Below are positions 1-8,672 of a stretch of 14,411 bases of DNA, one piece after another. Below the pieces are notes generated by a model, which was not told the origin of the DNA, searched no databases, and saw only the letters and a program-made list of their open reading frames with translations. The position numbers were made by a program, and so were the translations under genes. Location: positions 1 through 14,411 of the forward strand of contig JAOZPT010000055.1 in NCBI GenBank assembly GCA_029932605.1, in the 5' to 3' direction. Numbering within the stretch: the stretch's first letter is position 1; each line of letters opens with the position of its first letter. The stretch is from Candidatus Zixiibacteriota bacterium (lineage in GTDB: Bacteria > Zixibacteria > MSB-5A5 > UBA10806 > 4484-95).

Positions 1-64
1 TGCATCCGGTAGCAGGATTCCATGATGATTCTGTCCATTCTATTTTAGTTGGTTGTCCATTCAC
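1..64 (-). CDS. DUF5131 family protein (phage Gp37/Gp68-like, three-Cys-motif radical-SAM-like), 5' end only; runs off the window edge
   Basis: Not in the ORF track. Manual minus-strand translation from GTG at 64-62 gives MNGQPTKIEWTESSWNPATGC, matching the typical DUF5131 N-terminus (T.IEWT..(S/T)WNP.TGC). The GTG shares one base with the TAG stop of the upstream tcmP gene (TAGTG). Confidence 0.88.
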   Translation of the reverse strand, partial: MNGQPTKIEWTESSWNPATGC

Positions 65-942
65 TATATATCAATTTCAAGCTTTCTCCATGGTATGGTA
101 TATGCCCTCATTTTTTTACAGAACTCGTAACCCTCCCTGCGTTTGCTCGCAAAGATAAGATAGTACAATGTTCCCTGACGTGTGTTATGGATAGGGAAGA
201 TGTTTTTGTATTCTCTGCCGGCGGGAGGTTTTAAATAGCCTATTTTGTTTAACTGTTCGATGTATAATTTCATCAAGGCATGAGCCCTGAATATAATGTC
301 ATTGGCTTTATATTTATCCTCGATGAATCTCCATTTATCTGTGCCAAAATATTCATTGTATTTATTTTGGTTTGAATGAACAGACCATCTATAATCTAAC
401 CCGTAGGTAAAATTTATCAATAAATCGACTTCCCTGTCTTTCGAGAGTTGTTTTATGGTATCGTATTTAAAATTTTCGATATCATCAGGATCAATAAAAC
501 AAAAACTGATAGAATCATCAGATAGTCTTTCATTTATTTCCCGGGCAACCAGGTCAACATCCTTATTATAAATTGTTACCCTGCCCATGTTTTTTTTAAT
601 TCTAACCGATAGTGCCTTGACGTTATCGGGATTGATATCGTTTAAATATAGATGATCGACATCGTATCGGAGAACAAACAACGGAGGCCCATCATATATC
701 ATACCCGAGCTCCTGTCGCAATATTGCCCTGGTCCAGCAAACAGGTCTATGTAATTTAATTTCCGCTTCTTTTCTAATTTTGAGGTTAACATATGGCAAT
801 ATAAATTGATTGGTTTGTATTTTTCTATTGTCCAGGGAGGTGAACATCTTATAGAAAAGCCGTCGGTCGGCTTGTATCTCGTGCAATTACCATTGCTTGT
901 GTTTTTCTTGAAATTACAATTTTGACAGTTAGGGTTATACAT
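64..942 (-). CDS. tcmP: Three-Cys-motif partner protein TcmP (SAM-dependent methyltransferase-like), about 292 aa
   Basis: Motifs WTIEK, YIDLFAGPG (SAM-binding motif I), FCFIDP, DLLINF, YFGTDKW and YYLIFASK fit the TcmP family, and its usual DUF5131 partner is adjacent. Start moved from the track's TTG at 1005 to ATG at 942, which follows a strong SD (AAGAGGTGA). Confidence 0.85.
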   Translation of the reverse strand: MYNPNCQNCNFKKNTSNGNCTRYKPTDGFSIRCSPPWTIEKYKPINLYCHMLTSKLEKKRKLNYIDLFAGPGQYCDRSSGMIYDGPPLFVLRYDVDHLYLNDINPDNVKALSVRIKKNMGRVTIYNKDVDLVAREINERLSDDSISFCFIDPDDIENFKYDTIKQLSKDREVDLLINFTYGLDYRWSVHSNQNKYNEYFGTDKWRFIEDKYKANDIIFRAHALMKLYIEQLNKIGYLKPPAGREYKNIFPIHNTRQGTLYYLIFASKRREGYEFCKKMRAYTIPWRKLEIDI

Positions 943-966
943 GGTAATCACCTCTTTTTTTTGATC

Positions 967-1000
967 ATTATGAGAATCCTGACTGTCAAAACCTGTCAGT
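967..1000 (-). promoter_or_regulatory. Candidate activator-dependent promoter for tcmP: near-palindrome ACTGACA-N5-TGACAGT followed by a -10-like CATAAT
   Basis: Minus strand reads ACTGACAggtttTGACAGTcaggattctCATAAT, one mismatch from a perfect ACTGACA-N5-TGTCAGT palindrome. TGACAG (988-983) lies exactly 10 nt before CATAAT (972-967). Confidence 0.45.
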
Positions 1001-1019
1001 TTCAAATAAAAAATTTGCC

Positions 1020-3848
1020 TTATATCATTCCCAGCTCCTTCTTCAGGAATTTTCCGGTATAACTTTTTTCGTTTTTAGCGATATCTTCCGGTGTGCCGAC
1101 CGCCACCACTCGACCACCGTCATCTCCACCCTCTGGACCCAAATCTATTATCCAATCAGCAGTTTTTATCACATCCATGTTGTGTTCGATAACAAGTACT
1201 GTGTTACCGCGGTCAACCAAAGTATTCAAGACGTTTAATAATTGGCGGATGTCATCAAAATGGAGGCCGGTTGTTGGTTCATCAAGGATATAGAAAGTGT
1301 TACCGGTAGCGACCTTTGATAATTCGGTGGATAATTTTACCCGTTGGGCCTCACCACCTGAAAGCGTTGTCGCTTGCTGGCCGAGATGGATGTATCCTAG
1401 GCCAACACCAGCCAGTGTAGAAAGTTTGCGTTTGATAGGGGGAATATTTTTGAAAAATTCCAGCGCCTCATCCACGGTCATATCGAGCACATCAGCGATT
1501 GATTTACCTTTGTATTTTATCTCTAAGGTATCGCGATTGTAGCGAGCTCCCTTACAGACCTCGCATGGCACATAGACATCGGGAAGAAAATGCATCTCGA
1601 TTTTTATAATGCCATCTCCTTCACAAGCCTCGCATCTCCCACCTCTGACATTAAACGAGAATCTACCCGGCAGGTATCCTCTAACCTTGGATTCTGGTAA
1701 CTGAGAGAAAAGATCGCGTATATGCGTAAACAGGCCGGTATATGTTGCCGGGTTGGAGCGGGGAGTGCGGCCTATTGGTGACTGGTCGATATCTATTACC
1801 TTATCTACCATATCCAGCCCCAGGATAGTGCCATATGGTAAAGATGGTGTTTTTGAACCATAAAATTTATTGGCCATGACTCTGAACAATGTCTCATTTA
1901 CAAGAGTTGATTTTCCTGAACCTGAGACACCGGTCACACAGATGAACATTTCGAGCGGAAAATCAACCCTTATACTTTTAAGGTTATTACCGCGAGCACC
2001 TCTCAACGAGATATAGCTGCCATTACCATGTCGTCTTTTCTGTGGAACCGGTATGGACATTTTGCCGGAAAGATACTTGCCGGTTATCGATTTCCGTGAA
2101 CGCTTGATGGCCAGTGGAGTACCTGTGGCTACTATATGGCCACCCTGAATACCGGCTCCCGGGCCAAGATCGATGACATGGTCCGATTTCTCAATTGTCT
2201 GGCGGTCGTGCTCTACTATTACCACGGTATTGCCAAGATCGCGAAGGGTTGTAAGTGTACTTAACAATCGTTTATTGTCACGTTGGTGCAAACCGATAGA
2301 TGGCTCATCGAGGATGTAAAGCACGCCAACCAGACGGGAACCGATCTGGGTGGCAAGTCTTATTCTTTGAGCCTCTCCTCCCGAAAGGGACATAGCGGAT
2401 CTATCAAGTGTCAGGTAATCAAGGCCAACATCGATCAAAAAGCCTAGGCGCTGTTTGATTTCTTTTAGTATCTGTCTGGCAATTATCGACTGCCGACGGC
2501 CCAACTTCAAATTATCGAAAAACTTTTTTGCTCTCTTCACCGACATCGAGGTCACCCGGGCAATCGAGTATCCATTCAACATTACAGACAATGCCTCAGG
2601 CCGTAATCTTGCACCATCGCATGACTCACACGGCTTAATTGACATAAACTGCTCAATCCATCTTCTGATACTATCGGACTTGGTCTGATGGTAGCGTCGT
2701 TTGAGGTTATTTATAACGCCCTCGAATCTATCATAATGCTCCCATCGACCACGACCATTGATGTGGTCCCAGACAAATTTGATCTCTTCATGACCGGAAC
2801 CATAAAGGATTATGTTTTGGTTTTGTTTGGATAATTTTGCAAAGGGAGTGTTGAGTGAAAAATGGTAATATTGGGCAACTGCGGCAATCTGTCCGAAGTA
2901 ATAACCATTCCGAGGGATACCCCATGGTGCTATGGCACCCCGGTTAATAGACAAAGATGGGTCAGGGACAATCAGATTTGGATCAAGCTCCATTTTATTG
3001 CCCAGGCCGGAACAATCAGGGCATGCACCATAGGGAGAATTGAATGAAAACATCCTGGGTGTGGGTTCTTCATATGATATGCCGCATTTTTCGCAAGCGT
3101 ATCTTTGGGAATATAATTTCTCGCCTTTACCTATCACATCGACAATAACAAGTCCTGACCCCAGTTTTAGGGCGGTTTCAAGGGAATCGGTTAACCTGTT
3201 GCGAACACCATTTTTTATTATCAGACGGTCGACGACCACACTGATGGAATGCTTTTTCTTTTTATCCAGTATAATTTTCTCATCTGCCTCACGGATTTTG
3301 TTATCCACCCGGAGACGGATGAAGCCCTGATGTCTAATTTCGTCTAAGACATCCTTGAATTCCCCTTTGCGCCCTCTTACTATCGGTCCAAGGATATGGA
3401 CACGGCTATTTTTGGGTAACTCCATCACGTTGTCGGCGATTTGCTGAACCGTTTGCTGGCTTATCGGCTCTTTGCATTTGTAACAATGGGGAATACCCAC
3501 CCGGGCATAAAGTAAACGTAGATAATCGTAAATTTCTGTAACTGTGCCTACCGTAGAACGAGGGTTTTTAGCGGCCGAACGTTGTTCGATTGATATGGCG
3601 GGTGAAAGACCATCAATAAAATCGACATCAGGTTTCTCCATAAGTCCCAGAAATTGACGAGCGTAGGCCGAAAGGGATTCGACATAGCGACGTTGCCCCT
3701 CAGCATAAAGAGTATCAAACGCAAGAGAGGATTTTCCTGATCCAGAAATGCCAGTGATGACCACAAGCTTGTTCCTGGGAATAACGACATCTATGTTTTT
3801 AAGGTTGTGCTCTCTGGCACCTTTGATGATGATATTTTCCGTTTTCAT
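1020..3848 (-). CDS. uvrA: Excinuclease ABC subunit A (UvrA)
   Basis: 942 aa. N-terminal [10 protein letters not shown], two Walker A motifs ([18 protein letters not shown]), two [11 protein letters not shown] signatures, LDEP Walker B motifs, CxxC zinc-finger pairs and the [14 protein letters not shown] motif. Confidence 0.99.
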   Translation of the reverse strand: MKTENIIIKGAREHNLKNIDVVIPRNKLVVITGISGSGKSSLAFDTLYAEGQRRYVESLSAYARQFLGLMEKPDVDFIDGLSPAISIEQRSAAKNPRSTVGTVTEIYDYLRLLYARVGIPHCYKCKEPISQQTVQQIADNVMELPKNSRVHILGPIVRGRKGEFKDVLDEIRHQGFIRLRVDNKIREADEKIILDKKKKHSISVVVDRLIIKNGVRNRLTDSLETALKLGSGLVIVDVIGKGEKLYSQRYACEKCGISYEEPTPRMFSFNSPYGACPDCSGLGNKMELDPNLIVPDPSLSINRGAIAPWGIPRNGYYFGQIAAVAQYYHFSLNTPFAKLSKQNQNIILYGSGHEEIKFVWDHINGRGRWEHYDRFEGVINNLKRRYHQTKSDSIRRWIEQFMSIKPCESCDGARLRPEALSVMLNGYSIARVTSMSVKRAKKFFDNLKLGRRQSIIARQILKEIKQRLGFLIDVGLDYLTLDRSAMSLSGGEAQRIRLATQIGSRLVGVLYILDEPSIGLHQRDNKRLLSTLTTLRDLGNTVVIVEHDRQTIEKSDHVIDLGPGAGIQGGHIVATGTPLAIKRSRKSITGKYLSGKMSIPVPQKRRHGNGSYISLRGARGNNLKSIRVDFPLEMFICVTGVSGSGKSTLVNETLFRVMANKFYGSKTPSLPYGTILGLDMVDKVIDIDQSPIGRTPRSNPATYTGLFTHIRDLFSQLPESKVRGYLPGRFSFNVRGGRCEACEGDGIIKIEMHFLPDVYVPCEVCKGARYNRDTLEIKYKGKSIADVLDMTVDEALEFFKNIPPIKRKLSTLAGVGLGYIHLGQQATTLSGGEAQRVKLSTELSKVATGNTFYILDEPTTGLHFDDIRQLLNVLNTLVDRGNTVLVIEHNMDVIKTADWIIDLGPEGGDDGGRVVAVGTPEDIAKNEKSYTGKFLKKELGMI

Positions 3849-3881
3849 TTTTGTCGTCTTTATCGATTGTTAATCTACATA

Positions 3882-3902
3882 TGTTCACTATTATAATGAA
3901 CA
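3882..3902. promoter_or_regulatory. Inverted repeat TGTTCA-N9-TGAACA straddling the uvrA -10 box; candidate repressor operator
   Basis: TGTTCA at 3882-3887 and TGAACA at 3897-3902 flank the TATAAT hexamer (3895-3890, minus strand). Confidence 0.5.
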
Positions 3903-3918
3903 GTAATATTAAGGTCAA
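3890..3918 (-). promoter_or_regulatory. Sigma70-type promoter of uvrA
   Basis: Minus strand TTGACC (3918-3913), 17-nt spacer, TATAAT (3895-3890), ending 41 nt upstream of the uvrA ATG. Confidence 0.8.
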
Positions 3919-3940
3919 CCATAATAATACAGGTCAACCA
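3912..3940. repeat. 10-bp direct repeat AGGTCAACCA x2
   Basis: Copies at 3912-3921 and 3931-3940 (19-nt period). The first copy contains the uvrA -35 hexamer. Confidence 0.6.
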
Positions 3941-3993
3941 ACAAATATAAAATATCTTGTTAGTTTAGGCAAGTATTTGATAGAAAGGGCAAT

Positions 3994-4488
3994 TCAATCA
4001 AATTCTGTTGAGATTTGGTTATATTCCATTGTAAATGATACAATGCGGGGAGTATTGTCATTGCGATCAGATTCTGAAGGAGTGATAGTTATCTGTCCAA
4101 GACCAATGTTGAACTGATTGTATTTATACCACGGATTTTCACAATAATGAGGGTAGTCAAAATCTAATGGATCCGCATAAAATTGTGACGCTGGTTCATA
4201 ATAACCAATAAGAATTATTTTAATAAAGTATTGATCACGATTGTAAGAATTATAAGGAGTTGTTACTTCAAAATTAAGCCTTCTTATGAATTCATTGTCA
4301 CCATTCCTGGTATTTACATAGCTAAGGTAGGGATGTGTCTCGTTAGTGTACGGCAAAACGCTAAGAAGGTTCATACTACTGATGTTAGTCCATCACCTAC
4401 TGGATTAGGCAGCATGCAGATGTGGACCGTTGCTATGTCCTAAATTTCCGCTATAGGCAACTACCTGGCCTTCTTTTTTTTGATTATT
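3994..4488 (-). pseudogene. Decayed M23-family metallopeptidase fragment with C-terminal extension
   Basis: In frame upstream of the 126-aa ORF (4374-3994) the sequence reads KKEGQVVAYSGNLGHSNGPHLHAA*SSR*WTNISSMNLLSVLP. This matches the M23 C-terminal signature GQ.IA.SG..G.S.GPHLH. It has two in-frame stops (TAA 4407-4405, TGA 4395-4393), and no start codon or HxxxD motif upstream. Confidence 0.72.
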
Positions 4489-4584
4489 ATACTAAAAAGA
4501 GGAAATCGCTCAATCTTTTCTACTTCCAAAAGTCCATTTTTAATTTAGGCAAAACATTAAGGCTATACAAATTGTATTTTTCTC

Positions 4585-4614
4585 TTGACATAACCAAAAC
4601 CAGAATATTAAATT
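4585..4614 (+). promoter_or_regulatory. Probable sigma70 promoter for the 4650 and 5332 genes
   Basis: TTGACA at 4585-4590, followed after 17-18 nt by TTAAAT/TAAATT. Confidence 0.5.
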
Positions 4615-4649
4615 AAAAAATAGGACTGTAATAAAACCACGGGGCAAGG

Positions 4650-5276
4650 GTGAGATATCTTTATATTATTGTAACCATCTTTTCAATATTGGTTTTTAAC
4701 TATTCTTATTCCCAAAAAGTAAATGTTTCTGAAAAAGCCTCGAAGCCAACGGCAGTGGATTTCTTCAAGGAGGAAATCATCTTGTCGATATCAGATAGCC
4801 TCGTGTCGGTTGAAGGGATTTATTATTTTTTTAACCATACCGACAGAGAAATGGTCTTTCCGGTGATATTCCCTTTTTATGTAGATAGTTTATCATCATA
4901 TCCTCATTTTATCGATGCTTATATAGACGATGGAGACAAGACGATTAAACTGGAATACAAACATACTGGTTTTAACAAGGGTATTAGGCTGGGCATACCG
5001 CTTAAACCCAAAGAAGTAACGGTCTGGAATATTGATTATAAACAGAGACTTAAATCACACCATGCTAAATATATTCTTACCTCGACTGGTATTTGGGGTA
5101 AACCACTAAAAGAAGCCACATATTGTTTCATTGTACCTGAGGACATCATGGACGTAAAGATATGGCCCGATGCAGATACGGTTTACACTGTCAAAGAAAC
5201 CAGGGTTTATAAGGCTATACGGCGCAACTTCATGCCCACTAAAGACATGGAGATTTCCTGGAATGGAAATGGTTAA
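4650..5276 (+). CDS. Secreted hypothetical protein, DUF4424-like
   Basis: 208 aa, GTG start, N-terminal hydrophobic signal-like segment. The V.VEGIYYFFN, PVIFP and YILTSTGIWGKPLKEA segments resemble DUF4424-type proteins; the family call is tentative. Confidence 0.6.
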   Translation: MRYLYIIVTIFSILVFNYSYSQKVNVSEKASKPTAVDFFKEEIILSISDSLVSVEGIYYFFNHTDREMVFPVIFPFYVDSLSSYPHFIDAYIDDGDKTIKLEYKHTGFNKGIRLGIPLKPKEVTVWNIDYKQRLKSHHAKYILTSTGIWGKPLKEATYCFIVPEDIMDVKIWPDADTVYTVKETRVYKAIRRNFMPTKDMEISWNGNG

Positions 5277-5331
5277 TTTTTTTTCTTAAATGAACACAAA
5301 AAATTTAACCCCGATATGGAGGTGGGAGATT

Positions 5332-6870
5332 ATGAAAACCGGAACGATATTAATCATGATATTAGTTAGTTTTACCTTCCAACTTGGCTTTGGCAATCCG
5401 TTGCCATTACCACTGTTGTTAGAGTATTCAGTGGATCCACCATGGATAGAGGTCTTATATCTTGATGATTTAACAGGCGATACAATCCGTACAACTGAAG
5501 GTTCAGCCGTAATCACCAGCTTTATTCCAAACCAGGATTATGTAGTCCTTTTAGATTCATCAAACACGACAGGATTTACTCTTAATCCTGAAGGTGATTC
5601 AATTATATTCTTAACTGATTATGAATGGGGTTCTACCATTGGCTATGGAACCTATGGTAGCACAGCTGGTTCACCACCGCCGGGTTTAAGTATTACAGTA
5701 GGTATTTACGAAGAATATAATGGTCACGATTGGGATTTTTACTTTGTATATGATTTTTGTTCCGAACCTACTCCCGGCCAGATTGATTATAATTTTTTAG
5801 ATGACGGACCCAGATGGGGAGATTCAGATCTTATCATTAACGAAGTCTGCATAAACAACACCTGGAGACCAAACTCAAGTCTCATCGAATTGTATAACAT
5901 GGGTGAACAACCTGTTAACGCCGATGAAATGCTTTTAATCGGAAACTCGGTATATCATTTCCCTGAAAATACCATAATAAGTCCAGGGGAGTTCTTTGTT
6001 ATAGACGAAAACGATTTTCCGGATGGATTTGCCCTTCATCCCCTGGCTGATGTCTTGTACCTTGTCGATAGAGATAATTACGATCAACCTGAGCAATACT
6101 CGATTGTTGACCAGGTCGGTTGGTCATCTAACCATGGAGAAAATGTCTCGTTTATGCGCTATCCCGATGGTGATGTAAATCCGGCAGTGCAGGAAGATTT
6201 TAAAGGCTACAACGATGAAACATCTTACACCTTCGAAAATGGATTCCCCTCACGTGGTGCACCAAACCGCCACCAATACCCTGGTTTTGTAGTAATCGGC
6301 GCCAGAGCGGATTCTGTCAATACCAGCACTGCTAATATTTACTGGACTGATCCTATCTGGGTGCCTGATTTTGAGCTGTCAGTGCTTGTAAAAAGCATAG
6401 ATAACTATCCCCAAACACCTTACGATGGTATGATAATTTATCAGGGAACAGATCAACAATTCTCAGATGATCACGTTCCTCCAAACGAAATGATATACTA
6501 TACTATCTTCGCTAAAAATTATGACGGCGAATATTCTTCCCCAACCGGTGAATCAAGGACATGCATAATCCTTAATAGTTCTGGCATAGACGATAAAGAA
6601 CCGTCCGAACGCTACATCTCTTTAAACTGCCACCCCAACCCCTTCAACGCCCAGACAACCATCTCATTTTCTCTTGAAAACGAATCATATGTCAAAATTT
6701 CAATTTATGATATTGCTGGCCGTCTGGTGGATGTCCTTGCTCAAAGCCATTTCCAGGCTGGAATTAACTCTGTAATCTGGAATGCCAGCGACTTACCCTC
6801 GGGAATATATTTCTACTCGGTAAAAACCGAGCAGAATACGCTGACCCAGAAGGCTGTTTTGTTGAAATGA
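5332..6870 (+). CDS. Secreted acidic protein with a lamin-tail (LTD) domain, an Fn3-like segment and a C-terminal T9SS type A/FlgD-like sorting domain
   Basis: Start placed at ATG 5332, which follows SD GGAGGT (5318-5323) and begins a signal peptide. LTD motifs LIINEV, IELYN and ISPGEFFVI are present. The C-terminus has CHPNPFNAQTTISF, IYDIAGRLV, WNASDLPSGIYFY and KAVLLK. Confidence 0.85.
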   Translation: MKTGTILIMILVSFTFQLGFGNPLPLPLLLEYSVDPPWIEVLYLDDLTGDTIRTTEGSAVITSFIPNQDYVVLLDSSNTTGFTLNPEGDSIIFLTDYEWGSTIGYGTYGSTAGSPPPGLSITVGIYEEYNGHDWDFYFVYDFCSEPTPGQIDYNFLDDGPRWGDSDLIINEVCINNTWRPNSSLIELYNMGEQPVNADEMLLIGNSVYHFPENTIISPGEFFVIDENDFPDGFALHPLADVLYLVDRDNYDQPEQYSIVDQVGWSSNHGENVSFMRYPDGDVNPAVQEDFKGYNDETSYTFENGFPSRGAPNRHQYPGFVVIGARADSVNTSTANIYWTDPIWVPDFELSVLVKSIDNYPQTPYDGMIIYQGTDQQFSDDHVPPNEMIYYTIFAKNYDGEYSSPTGESRTCIILNSSGIDDKEPSERYISLNCHPNPFNAQTTISFSLENESYVKISIYDIAGRLVDVLAQSHFQAGINSVIWNASDLPSGIYFYSVKTEQNTLTQKAVLLK

Positions 6871-7001
6871 TATATATTTCATATCTCTATAGCATCTAAA
6901 TATTTCCATTGCCATAATTTCTTTTTGGTCATAAACTAATCCCTGCTTAACGATATCGTTTTAAGCTGAGTTGGTCTTTACGCTAAGCCGGCAGGTAGAC
7001 C

Positions 7002-8618
7002 ATGACAAATCTCGACTGGACAGTTCTGATAATTTATATCATCGGTATTATCGGCATGAGCATGGTCATTGGCCGTTCACAAAAAAGCCAGGAGGATTAT
7101 TATCTTGGTGGCCGGCGGATACGACCCTGGCAGGTGGCGCTTTCAGTGATGGCGACTCAGGTATCCGCCATCAGTCTTATCGGCGCACCCGCCTTCATCG
7201 CCCTAAGAAAAGGCGGTGGTCTTGTTTGGCTTCAGTATGAGTTTGCCATCCCTTTAGCCATGATATTAATAATGATTGTGTTGATTCCTGTATATCATCA
7301 CACCCATGGTATAACCATTTATGAATACCTGGAAAATCGGTTTGGGCGAGCGATGCGGGCAACACTAAGTCTTGTTTTCTTGATAAGCCGCGGTCTCAGT
7401 GCTGGAGTGGCTTTGTTAGCAGCTTCTATAGTCACGAGTGTTTGCCTTGGTGTACCGCTAGCTTATACAGTGGCTTTAATTGGAATAGTTTCCTTGTTGT
7501 ATACCACCATCGGGGGCATTAAAGCTGATATCCAATCCGATATAGTTCAACTTGTCATTTTATGGGGCAGTGCTATAATCTGCATTATTATAATTCTAAA
7601 CCTTCTTGGCGATAACGCATTCGTTGTTGCCCCGGCGGATGCAGGACGTTTGAAAATTTTTGATTTTGGATCAACCGGCCTTGGTGATGGCAAAACCTTT
7701 GCTTTCTGGCCGATGCTTATCGGTGGATTTTTCCTGTATCTCTCATACTATGGCTGTGACCAGAGTGAAACGCAAAGACTTCTGACAACCAAAACCCCGG
7801 AGGATGCCCGTCGGGCTCTATTTATAAACGGGCTGTTACGTTTCCTTCTTGTTTTAACCTACTGCACTTTCGGGTTTTTCCTGCTTTCCTTTCTCTATCA
7901 TAATCCAGACTTCGCCGCCAGGTTTAATGGAAGTCCGCCGGATTTCCTGGTGCCATATTTTCTAGTGGAGTTCTTTCCAAAAGGCTTACTGGGGTTGGTA
8001 GTGGCGGGCATCTTTGCCGCTTCAATGTCAAGCATCGACAGTGCTCTCAATTCCCTTTCGGCAGCCACCTGGCGCGATTTCTTAATTCAATATTTCCCCT
8101 CTTTAAAAAAGCTCTCTGGCCGGAAAATGGTAAGGATTTCGCGTATACTGACGGTCTTCTGGGGAGCGCTTGCTACAGTTTTTGCCCTCAGCATGATCGG
8201 TGGTCCGGAAACTGTATTAGTGATGGTTAACAGAATCGGCTCGACCTTCTACGGCCCGATACTGGCAACATTCTGGCTGGGCATACTTACCCGAAAGACA
8301 TCCCAGGTGGGTGCTATAAGCGGGCTGTGCACAGGCGTCATCGTAAATATCATACTGTGGAGATTTTTCTCAAATGAGGTTTCCTGGTTGTGGTGGAATG
8401 TGACAGGATTTATAGTCGCCTCTTGGGTAGGTTACACTGTCAGCTTCTTCTTTCCCCAAAAACATACGGTTAGAACTCTGGAAAACAGTTTCTCTTTAAG
8501 ACAACTGCTAAAACAGGGTGGGGCAAGATGGAAATATGTAATTTTGGTCATGGCTTTCTTATTAATAATTCTGATATGTTGGATCTTACAGAGCTTGGTA
8601 ATAGGACGGTTAAATTAG
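7002..8618 (+). CDS. Sodium:solute symporter (SSS/SLC5) family transporter
   Basis: 538 aa, many TM segments. Motifs DYYLGGR, SAISLIGAP, TIYEYLENRFG, YTTIGGIKA, DQSETQR and AASMSSIDSALNSLS. Confidence 0.95.
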   Translation: MTNLDWTVLIIYIIGIIGMSMVIGRSQKSQEDYYLGGRRIRPWQVALSVMATQVSAISLIGAPAFIALRKGGGLVWLQYEFAIPLAMILIMIVLIPVYHHTHGITIYEYLENRFGRAMRATLSLVFLISRGLSAGVALLAASIVTSVCLGVPLAYTVALIGIVSLLYTTIGGIKADIQSDIVQLVILWGSAIICIIIILNLLGDNAFVVAPADAGRLKIFDFGSTGLGDGKTFAFWPMLIGGFFLYLSYYGCDQSETQRLLTTKTPEDARRALFINGLLRFLLVLTYCTFGFFLLSFLYHNPDFAARFNGSPPDFLVPYFLVEFFPKGLLGLVVAGIFAASMSSIDSALNSLSAATWRDFLIQYFPSLKKLSGRKMVRISRILTVFWGALATVFALSMIGGPETVLVMVNRIGSTFYGPILATFWLGILTRKTSQVGAISGLCTGVIVNIILWRFFSNEVSWLWWNVTGFIVASWVGYTVSFFFPQKHTVRTLENSFSLRQLLKQGGARWKYVILVMAFLLIILICWILQSLVIGRLN

Positions 8619-8672
8619 CTTTTCGACAATAGGTCATAAAGTAAAAATTGTTGAATAAAAAATAATAATTAT

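Noticed and set aside
943..1005. TTG start at 1005 for tcmP, as given in the ORF track
   Set aside because: ATG 942 has a strong SD, and the extra 21 codons run through the putative regulatory element.
1093..3790. Short ORFs within uvrA (1093-1293, 1297-1542, 2455-2688, 2862-3047, 3040-3330, 3548-3790)
   Set aside because: Antisense or alternative-frame shadows of a highly conserved gene, with no recognisable motifs.
4393..4407. Stop-codon recoding or selenocysteine readthrough in the M23 fragment
   Set aside because: Two different stops (TAA and TGA) occur and the 5' half of the gene is absent. Other genes here end normally at TAA, TAG and TGA.
4565..4577. Palindrome ATACAA-A-TTGTAT just upstream of a -35
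   Set aside because: Short and AT-rich; easily arises by chance and has no second copy in the window.
3851..4616. Plus-strand ORFs 3851-4117, 4231-4443 and 4422-4616
   Set aside because: They overlap promoters and the minus-strand M23 relic, and show no SD or protein motifs.
6927..8640. GGTCATAAA on both sides of the SSS gene (6927-6935 and 8632-8640) as a target-site duplication
   Set aside because: No transposase or terminal inverted repeats are present, and a 9-mer match between AT-rich spacers is plausible by chance.
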